Below are positions 55,981-64,000 of a stretch of 64,000 nucleotides of DNA, piece by piece; within the stretch, counting starts at the first letter, position 1; each line of letters starts with the position of its first letter. Location of the stretch: the NCBI RefSeq assembly GCF_003334385.1, contig NZ_QOWN01000006.1, one strand, 5' to 3'. The notes beneath the pieces were generated by a model. It saw only the letters and a list, made by a program, of their open reading frames with translations, made no database searches and was not told the DNA's origin. The position numbers and the translations under genes were made by a program. Origin of the DNA: Escherichia coli. Its GTDB lineage: Bacteria > Pseudomonadota > Gammaproteobacteria > Enterobacterales > Enterobacteriaceae.

Positions 55981-57039
55981 ATGAAAAGAAAAGTTCTGGC
56001 AATGCTGGTCCCGGCGTTATTAGTTGCTGGCGCAGCAAATGCGGCTGAAATTTATAATAAAAATGGCAATAAACTGGATTTGTACGGCAAGATGGTTGGT
56101 GAGCGCATTCTGACCGACCGTGAAAATGGTGAAAAAGGCGATAATTCTCAAGATACCTCTTATGCCCGTGTAGGCGTGAAAGGTGAAACTCAGATCAACC
56201 CTGAATTGACTGGTTACGGTCAGTTTGAACTAGACCTGGAAGCATCAAACAGACACAACCCTGACCAAACTCGTTTGGCTTATGCTGGTTTGAGTTACAA
56301 AGATTTTGGTTCATTCGACTATGGTCGTAATGTCGGTGTCGCGTATGATGCAGAAGCATTTACTGATATGTTTGTTGAGTGGGGCGGTGATTCATGGGCT
56401 GGTACTGACCTGTTCATGACCAACCGTACCAACGGTGTTGCAACCTATCGTAACACAGATTTCTTTGGCATGGTTGAAGGTCTAAATTTTGCTCTGCAAT
56501 ATCAGGGTAAAAATGAAGGTACAGGCAACTACAAAGCAAATGGCGATGGCCATGGTTTATCTGTAACTTACACTATTGACGGTTTCTCATTTGCTGGTGC
56601 TTACGCAAACTCTGATCGTACTGATTTCCAGTCTAGTGATAGTAAAGGTGAAAAAGCAGAAGTTTGGGCACTGTCAACAAAATATGATGCCAACAACGTC
56701 TATGCTGCTGTGATGTACGGTGAATCTCACAACATGAATTCCGACGACGGTGATGTTGTGAACAAAACACAAAACTTCGAAGTTGTTCTGCAATATCAGT
56801 TCGACTTCGGTCTGCGTCCATCCATCGGTTACTCCTATTCTAAAGCACTGGACGTAGCAGGTTACAAAGATTCTGATCGTCTGAACTACATTGAAATCGG
56901 TACCTGGTATTACTTCAATAAGAACATGAACGTATATACCGCTTATCAGATCAACCTGCTTGATAAGAGTGATTATGTTCTCGCTCATGGACTGAACACC
57001 GACGACCAACTCGCATTTGGTATCGTCTACCAGTTCTAA
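55981..57039 (+). CDS. yedS: Outer membrane porin YedS, intact (352 aa), OmpC/OmpF family
   Basis: Signal peptide MKRKVLAMLVPALLVAGAANA, trimeric porin hallmarks and C-terminal ...FGIVYQF; same position as the yedS pseudogene fragments of K-12. Confidence 0.93.
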   Translation: MKRKVLAMLVPALLVAGAANAAEIYNKNGNKLDLYGKMVGERILTDRENGEKGDNSQDTSYARVGVKGETQINPELTGYGQFELDLEASNRHNPDQTRLAYAGLSYKDFGSFDYGRNVGVAYDAEAFTDMFVEWGGDSWAGTDLFMTNRTNGVATYRNTDFFGMVEGLNFALQYQGKNEGTGNYKANGDGHGLSVTYTIDGFSFAGAYANSDRTDFQSSDSKGEKAEVWALSTKYDANNVYAAVMYGESHNMNSDDGDVVNKTQNFEVVLQYQFDFGLRPSIGYSYSKALDVAGYKDSDRLNYIEIGTWYYFNKNMNVYTAYQINLLDKSDYVLAHGLNTDDQLAFGIVYQF

Positions 57040-57083
57040 TCAGCCAACGCGCCGCGGCGTGTTACTGTAAAACTTAACACTAG

Positions 57084-57118
57084 CCTGAGTTCGTCCCTCA
57101 TCGAACTCAGGCTTTTTT
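57084..57118 (+). terminator. yedS intrinsic terminator
   Basis: Hairpin GCCTGAGTTCG-TCCCTCA-TCGAACTCAGGC followed by TTTTTT. Confidence 0.85.
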
Positions 57119-57630
57119 ATTGGCATTTTATCTCCCTCTGCGGCACGCGCAATTGCCAAAGCATATCGATACAGCACCTTACCCTGCCCCTGCTGGCACA
57201 ATAACATCTACCAGCGACTCTTCCAGCCAAGACCCAAATGCATTTCTTTATGAATTAATCTGCAACAAAACCGCCTCCCATATAGAAATATTTGCAAAAA
57301 TAGTGCATGAAATACGCTTTTTCTCTACCAATCCGGGATATAAATATTCATCAGCACCACAATATTCCACAGCACTAAATCTCTCCCCGTCGCCCCGTAC
57401 CTCTGATAATGGTCTAAAATCATTGAGGCCACTTGCGACGACGTTGCTCAATAAGGAAAATTTGGCGTGAATAATATTCAACACCAGTGCAGCATCATCA
57501 TTACATACTTACACCCGCCGACGACCGCTTTCGATATATTGACTCAATTTTCCAGCCTGGTTAAAAATAGCGACCAGCTCAGTCGAAAATATAGTGACTA
57601 CCCTAACTAAGCAACAATAAGGAATACACT

Positions 57631-58482
57631 ATGACTGTTCAAACAAGTAAAAATCCGCAGGTCGATATTGCTGAAGATAATGCATTCTTCCCTTCAGAAT
57701 ATTCGCTTAGCCAATATACCAGTCCCGTCTCTGATCTTGATGGCGTGGACTATCCAAAACCGTATCGCGGTAAGCATAAAATTCTGGTGATCGCCGCGGA
57801 CGAACGTTATTTGCCAACCGATAACGGAAAACTGTTCTCGACCGGTAACCATCCGATTGAAACGTTGCTGCCGTTGTATCATCTCCATGCTGCAGGTTTC
57901 GAATTCGAAGTGGCGACCATTTCCGGTCTGATGACCAAGTTTGAATACTGGGCTATGCCGCACAAAGATGAAAAAGTAATGCCATTCTTTGAGCAGCATA
58001 AATCGTTGTTCCGCAATCCGAAGAAACTCGCGGATGTTGTCGCCAGCCTCAACGCTGACAGCGAATATGCAGCAATCTTTGTTCCTGGTGGTCATGGCGC
58101 ACTTATTGGTTTACCAGAAAGCCAGGACGTAGCTGCTGCTTTGCAGTGGGCAATCAAAAATGACCGTTTTGTTATCTCCCTTTGCCACGGCCCGGCGGCT
58201 TTTCTGGCGCTTCGCCACGGCGATAACCCACTGAATGGTTATTCCATTTGCGCATTCCCAGACGCCGCAGACAAACAAACGCCAGAGATAGGCTATATGC
58301 CGGGTCATCTCACCTGGTACTTCGGCGAAGAGCTGAAGAAAATGGGCATGAACATTATTAATGACGACATCACCGGGCGAGTACATAAGGACCGTAAAGT
58401 TCTCACCGGCGACAGTCCTTTCGCAGCGAATGCGTTGGGTAAACTGGCGGCGCAGGAAATGCTGGCAGCTTATGCGGGTTAA
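57631..58482 (+). CDS. hchA: Glyoxalase III / chaperone Hsp31 HchA (283 aa)
   Basis: ORF translation matches HchA (DJ-1/PfpI family). Confidence 0.96.
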   Translation: MTVQTSKNPQVDIAEDNAFFPSEYSLSQYTSPVSDLDGVDYPKPYRGKHKILVIAADERYLPTDNGKLFSTGNHPIETLLPLYHLHAAGFEFEVATISGLMTKFEYWAMPHKDEKVMPFFEQHKSLFRNPKKLADVVASLNADSEYAAIFVPGGHGALIGLPESQDVAAALQWAIKNDRFVISLCHGPAAFLALRHGDNPLNGYSICAFPDAADKQTPEIGYMPGHLTWYFGEELKKMGMNIINDDITGRVHKDRKVLTGDSPFAANALGKLAAQEMLAAYAG

Positions 58483-58518
58483 TCCCTGTTACGTATGAAT
58501 GTAAGCGCATAATCAATC

Positions 58519-58556
58519 GCAGCCACGTTAATACTCACGACGTGGCTGCGTTTTTT
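58519..58556 (+). terminator. hchA intrinsic terminator
   Basis: Hairpin GCAGCCACG...CGTGGCTGC followed by TTTTTT. Confidence 0.8.
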
Positions 58557-58589
58557 CATGGTTGATTTATGGCGTACTGAAGCCCTATG

Positions 58590-59948
58590 TTAATTTCTTT
58601 GCGGTAACATAATCCGGAACACATTATGCTTATTGAGATAGTGATACGTAGCACTTCCCCCATGTAATTCGGCAATCGCTTTGACTAAAGAAAGACCAAG
58701 TCCCTGACCTACGGAATGACGCGAATTATCTCCCCGCCAAAATCTACGGAAGAGTTTTTCAGGCTCATGAATTTTCGTTCCAGGACTGGCGACATCAATA
58801 TTAAGATAGCCGTTGGTATCAAGAAAACTGGTTATCTCAATACGCGATTTTTCTGGTGAATATCTAATGGCATTAACAATAAGATTCGATAACATTCGTT
58901 GCAGTAAAATTTTATCCGCAAAGATTTGCTGATTGCACTCGACCTTAAAGCAAATCTCTTTCTCGTCTGAAAGGTATTCAAGATAATCCAACAAATTTTC
59001 GACTTCCTTATTGAGAGAAAGCGAGTCCAGTTTCACCAAAACATTGTTTTTATCTGCCCGGGCAAGAAACAGTATGTTCTCTGTTAACCGCGAAATATTT
59101 TCCAGCTCTTCAATGTTACCGGCAATTGTTTTTTGATATTCAGCGATACTTCTGGTTTGACTGAGCGTAACCTGATTCTGACCCAGTAATGCATTAATGG
59201 GCGTTCTAAGTTCATGAGCGAGATCGTCAGCAAATTGACTTAGGCGTTCAAAATCTTTGACTAAAGCATGATGCATTTTATTCAACGCCTGCCCAAGAGG
59301 TTTTAGTTCTCTCGGTAATGCGCTAACCTCAACAGGCTCCCGGCTATCGTTATAATTCAGCGCTTCCGTTACACCACTCAACTTTTTGATCTCTCGTAAC
59401 CCCGTTCGGATTAACAGCGGACTTAATACTGAGCACAGTATAATGGCGACAATGCAAATTATAATGCTATTGATTTTATACTGTTCAAGCATGTTATGTC
59501 TGGCTGAAGCCAATTTAGCCACAGTAACCGTTAATGATGGCGAAACTTCATCAATATTAATTCGTAAAGCATCTATCTCTGTATCATTAATAATGCTTCT
59601 GTAAATGCCAGCTGCGCTGATTGTCTCACTAGCAGGTATGTTATTTAACATGCCATCACTGACATTTGTCCGGTTAACAATTTTATTGATGCTATCACCA
59701 TGAATGATCAAGATATCCTGACTAACATCCATCATCCGGTTAAAGTACACAGGTAACGTATCTGGATTTACCCCATCAATTAACAACTGCTTGATCTGTG
59801 CTGTCCGGTTAATGAGTGTTGTATCATCGCGCCATTTCAACTCACTTGCCAGGCCATTATAGAGAGTCCAGACAATTCCAGCACCAGCAACAGACAGTAG
59901 CAATATAAAAAGCAAGGTTAAACGGACGGTTATAGACAATCTTTTCAT
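58590..59948 (-). CDS. hprS: Sensor histidine kinase HprS/YedV (452 aa)
   Basis: ORF translation matches YedV; HisKA H-box (ELRTP) and HATPase domain. Confidence 0.95.
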   Translation of the reverse strand: MKRLSITVRLTLLFILLLSVAGAGIVWTLYNGLASELKWRDDTTLINRTAQIKQLLIDGVNPDTLPVYFNRMMDVSQDILIIHGDSINKIVNRTNVSDGMLNNIPASETISAAGIYRSIINDTEIDALRINIDEVSPSLTVTVAKLASARHNMLEQYKINSIIICIVAIILCSVLSPLLIRTGLREIKKLSGVTEALNYNDSREPVEVSALPRELKPLGQALNKMHHALVKDFERLSQFADDLAHELRTPINALLGQNQVTLSQTRSIAEYQKTIAGNIEELENISRLTENILFLARADKNNVLVKLDSLSLNKEVENLLDYLEYLSDEKEICFKVECNQQIFADKILLQRMLSNLIVNAIRYSPEKSRIEITSFLDTNGYLNIDVASPGTKIHEPEKLFRRFWRGDNSRHSVGQGLGLSLVKAIAELHGGSATYHYLNKHNVFRIMLPQRN

Positions 59949-60619
59949 TATTTTTTTACCGCTACGAACGAATATCCCATCCCACGGATTGTGGCAATTA
60001 GCTTTTCAGGAAAAGGATCATCAACTTTTGCGCGGAGCCTGCGAATGGCGACGTCCACCGTATTGGTATCACTATCAAAGTTGATTCCCCAAATTTCACT
60101 CGCAATAACCGTTCTGGGTATAATTTCGCCAGCTCTGGAGGCCAGTAGCCAAAGTAACTGAAACTCCTTGCGCGTCAGTGTAATACTGATATTGTCCCTG
60201 CTCACACTTTGACTAACAGAGTCCATTCTTAAGCCGCTGATTTCTAATGTTGAATTCAAAGCGTGATGTTGCCTTAATTGTGCCCGAACCCTTGCCAGCA
60301 ACTCAGAAAATGAAAAAGGTTTTACCAGATAATCATTTGCCCCACTGTCCAGCCCTCTGACTCTGTCATCGACAGAATCCCTTGCAGTAAGGCAAATAAC
60401 AGGGGTTTGCTTTGCTGTTCTTAACGTTTGTAAGATCTGCCAGCCATCCATACCCGGAAGCATAATATCCAGAATGATCAATGCATAATCATCCTTCAGC
60501 GCAAGATAAAGCCCATCTCTGCCATCAGAAACGGCATCAATGACATAACCCGCTTCGGAAAGCCCCTGCGTTACCCACTCCTGGGTCCTTTGATTATCTT
60601 CAATAAGTAAAATCTTCAT
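59948..60619 (-). CDS. hprR: Response regulator HprR/YedW (223 aa from MKILLIEDN; ORF extends to 60730)
   Basis: OmpR-family receiver plus winged helix; start trimmed to the conserved receiver N-terminus; 1-nt overlap with hprS. Confidence 0.93.
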   Translation of the reverse strand: MKILLIEDNQRTQEWVTQGLSEAGYVIDAVSDGRDGLYLALKDDYALIILDIMLPGMDGWQILQTLRTAKQTPVICLTARDSVDDRVRGLDSGANDYLVKPFSFSELLARVRAQLRQHHALNSTLEISGLRMDSVSQSVSRDNISITLTRKEFQLLWLLASRAGEIIPRTVIASEIWGINFDSDTNTVDVAIRRLRAKVDDPFPEKLIATIRGMGYSFVAVKK

Positions 60620-60751
60620 GAAAATAATATGCCATAAATCATATGTTATAGAAACAGCCTGGTTCATTACAAAATTGTAATGCTGCTGTAAGGTTACCCT
60701 GGACGCTTTTTCGCTATCCTCAAAACTCATTCACATGACAAGGATATAAAC

Positions 60752-61165
60752 ATGTTAAAGCGTTATTTAGTACTCTCCGTAGTAACGGCTGCATTTTCAT
60801 TACCTTCTTTGGTCTATGCTGCACAACAAAACATTCTTAGCGTGCACATTTTGAACCAGCAAACAGGAAAACCCGCTGCCGACGTGACAGTCACTCTTGA
60901 AAAGAAAGCGGACAACGGCTGGTTACAACTTAATACCGCCAAAACAGATAAGGATGGACGAATTAAGGCACTGTGGCCCGAGCAAACTGCAACTACGGGC
61001 GATTACCGTGTCGTATTTAAAACCGGGGACTATTTCAAGAAACAAAATCTTGAAAGTTTCTTCCCTGAGATCCCCGTTGAATTTCATATTAATAAAGTGA
61101 ACGAGCATTATCATGTGCCTTTATTACTTAGCCAATATGGGTATTCAACCTATCGTGGCAGTTAA
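60752..61165 (+). CDS. hiuH: 5-hydroxyisourate hydrolase HiuH/YedX (transthyretin-like periplasmic protein), 137 aa
   Basis: ORF translation matches YedX; C-terminal YRGS motif. Confidence 0.95.
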   Translation: MLKRYLVLSVVTAAFSLPSLVYAAQQNILSVHILNQQTGKPAADVTVTLEKKADNGWLQLNTAKTDKDGRIKALWPEQTATTGDYRVVFKTGDYFKKQNLESFFPEIPVEFHINKVNEHYHVPLLLSQYGYSTYRGS

Positions 61166-61267
61166 TGCATAAATATGTAAAAGCAGATCTCTGCTACTGT
61201 TAGGGAGGACACTCCCTGACAGATTAACAGTAAACGGCTCTTGCTGGCTAACGACAAAAAAGTGTGA

Positions 61268-62278
<1,011 letters not shown>

Positions 62279-62914
62279 ATGCGTCTGACAGTAAAACAGG
62301 TGACATGGCTGAAAGTTTGCCTGCATCTTGCCGGATTGTTGCCGTTTCTCTGGCTGGTCTGGGCGATCAATCACGGTGGACTGGGTGCCGATCCGGTGAA
62401 AGATATTCAGCATTTTACCGGTCGCACTGCACTGAAATTTTTGCTGGCGACCTTGTTAATCACACCTCTGGCACGCTACGCAAAACAGCCGTTATTGATA
62501 CGCACTCGCCGCCTGTTAGGCTTATGGTGCTTTGCCTGGGCGACACTGCATTTAACCAGTTACGCATTGCTGGAGCTGGGCGTGAATAATCTGGCGTTAT
62601 TAGGCAAGGAGTTAATTACCCGGCCTTATTTAACGTTAGGAATTATCAGCTGGGTTATTTTGCTTGCTTTAGCGTTTACTTCAACCCAGGCGATGCAGCG
62701 AAAACTCGGCAAGCACTGGCAACAGTTGCATAACTTCGTCTATCTTGTCGCGATCCTGGCCCCAATACATTATTTGTGGTCAGTGAAGATTATTTCACCG
62801 CAGCCACTCATCTACGCTGGGCTGGCGGTACTGCTTTTAGCCTTACGGTATAAGAAGTTGCTTTCCCTTTTTAACCGGTTACGCAAGCAGGTTCACAACA
62901 AATTATCTGTATAA
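62279..62914 (+). CDS. msrQ: Heme-binding membrane subunit MsrQ/YedZ (211 aa)
   Basis: ORF translation matches YedZ; start abuts msrP stop. Confidence 0.95.
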   Translation: MRLTVKQVTWLKVCLHLAGLLPFLWLVWAINHGGLGADPVKDIQHFTGRTALKFLLATLLITPLARYAKQPLLIRTRRLLGLWCFAWATLHLTSYALLELGVNNLALLGKELITRPYLTLGIISWVILLALAFTSTQAMQRKLGKHWQQLHNFVYLVAILAPIHYLWSVKIISPQPLIYAGLAVLLLALRYKKLLSLFNRLRKQVHNKLSV

Positions 62915-62947
62915 CTTCATATTGCCGACAAAGTACGCGTTATCCCT

Positions 62948-62981
62948 GCCGGATGCGGCGCGAGCGCCCTATCCGGCCTAC
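62948..62981. repeat. REP element (GCCGGATGCGGCGCGAGCGCCCTATCCGGCCTAC)
   Basis: Canonical REP consensus downstream of msrQ. Confidence 0.8.
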
Positions 62982-63170
62982 GCAGATCACATCAAGTTAT
63001 GTTTCGTTTGTCATCAACCTCAAATCATCGACATAATTTATTATATTTCAATAAGATAGATAAGCACACCTGAGAGAACTATTCTCTTGTCTCCTAAGAG
63101 TTGTTGCATTTTGTTATATGTTACAATATAACATTACACATCATATACATTAACTCTGGAGGAAACTGTT

Positions 63171-63821
63171 TTGGCGATTCGTCTTCATAAACTGGCTGTT
63201 GCTTTAGGTGTCTTTATTGTTAGCGCTCCTGCCTTTTCGCATGGTCATCACTCACACGGCAAACCCTTAACAGAGGTCGAACAAAAAGCTGCTAATGGTG
63301 TTTTTGATGATGCCAATGTACAAAACCGAACGCTCAGTGACTGGGATGGAGTCTGGCAATCCGTTTATCCTTTACTGCAAAGTGGCAAACTTGACCCCAT
63401 CTTTCAGAAGAAAGCGGATGCAGATAAAACCAAAACATTTGCTGAAATTAAAGATTATTATCGCAAAGGTTATGTGACAGACATCGAGATGATTGGCATT
63501 GAGGACGGCATTGTCGAATTCCATAGAAATAATGAAACAACATCCTGTAAATATGATTACGATGGATACAAAATACTCACCTATAAATCAGGCAAGAAAG
63601 GCGTTCGTTACTTATTCGAATGTAAAGATCCTGAAAGCAAAGCCCCTAAATATATACAATTTAGCGATCATATAATTGCACCACGAAAATCATCTCATTT
63701 TCACATTTTTATGGGTAATGATTCCCAACAGTCTTTATTGAATGAAATGGAAAACTGGCCAACGTATTATCCCTATCAGTTGAGTAGCGAAGAAGTGGTC
63801 GAGGAGATGATGTCTCATTGA
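63171..63821 (+). CDS. zinT: Periplasmic zinc/cadmium-binding protein ZinT/YodA (216 aa)
   Basis: ORF translation matches ZinT; His-rich N-terminus after signal peptide (HGHHSHG). Confidence 0.95.
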   Translation: MAIRLHKLAVALGVFIVSAPAFSHGHHSHGKPLTEVEQKAANGVFDDANVQNRTLSDWDGVWQSVYPLLQSGKLDPIFQKKADADKTKTFAEIKDYYRKGYVTDIEMIGIEDGIVEFHRNNETTSCKYDYDGYKILTYKSGKKGVRYLFECKDPESKAPKYIQFSDHIIAPRKSSHFHIFMGNDSQQSLLNEMENWPTYYPYQLSSEEVVEEMMSH

Positions 63822-63909
63822 TTTTTTTGCGCTGACTTCAGTTATTTAACAGAACAGTGCCTGGTAGTAACAACAATAATTTGCCAAGACAAATAAGTAA
63901 GACAAACTC

Positions 63910-63941
63910 AGACACGCTCATACTTGAGTCGTGTCTTTTTT
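63910..63941 (+). terminator. zinT intrinsic terminator
   Basis: Hairpin AGACACG...CGTGTCT followed by TTTTTT. Confidence 0.7.
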
Positions 63942-64000
63942 ATTATGTCTGTAGAAAAAAAATGCGAAAAAGGCGAACAATAAATACACAACTCAGCCAT

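Noticed and set aside
57120-57470. 116-aa ORF in the yedS-hchA intergenic region
   Set aside because: No Shine-Dalgarno, Pro/Ser-rich low-complexity translation, begins inside the yedS terminator T-tract; more likely non-coding hchA promoter region

Overview
This window reads as a contiguous, uninterrupted stretch of an Escherichia coli chromosome covering the flagellar regions from motB/motA/flhDC through fliE-fliR and on to zinT. Every substantial ORF matches a known E. coli protein by length and sequence as I recall them; I could not run any search, so all identifications are from memory. Gene order: motB(partial)-motA-flhC-flhD | uspC | otsA-otsB | araH-araG-araF | ftnB | yecJ | azuC | yecR | ftnA | yecH | tyrP | yecA | leuZ-cysT-glyW tRNAs | pgsA | uvrC-uvrY | yecF | sdiA | tcyN-tcyL | dcyD | tcyJ(fliY)-fliZ-fliA | fliC | fliDST | amyA | yedD | yedEF | yedK | fliE | fliFGHIJK | fliLMNOPQR | rcsA | dsrB | yodD | dsrA | yedP | dgcQ | yodC | yedI | yedA | vsr-dcm | yedJ | yedR | yedS | hchA | hprSR | hiuH | msrPQ | zinT. 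I found no transposase, integrase, phage gene, CRISPR array or unassigned multi-gene block, so I see no evidence for a novel system here. The strain is not K-12-like in three places: the yedK-fliE junction is only about 390 bp (the K-12 yedL/yedN/yedM/intG segment is absent), the porin gene yedS is intact, and fliC encodes a 570-aa flagellin with a different central domain. The most useful second-look items are small: an orphan intrinsic terminator with a possible short transcript upstream of yedS, a candidate SdsN sRNA between sdiA and tcyN, and UTR-derived sRNA candidates at motA (MotR) and fliC (FliX). ORF starts were trimmed from the six-frame track where the known protein begins at an internal start codon.
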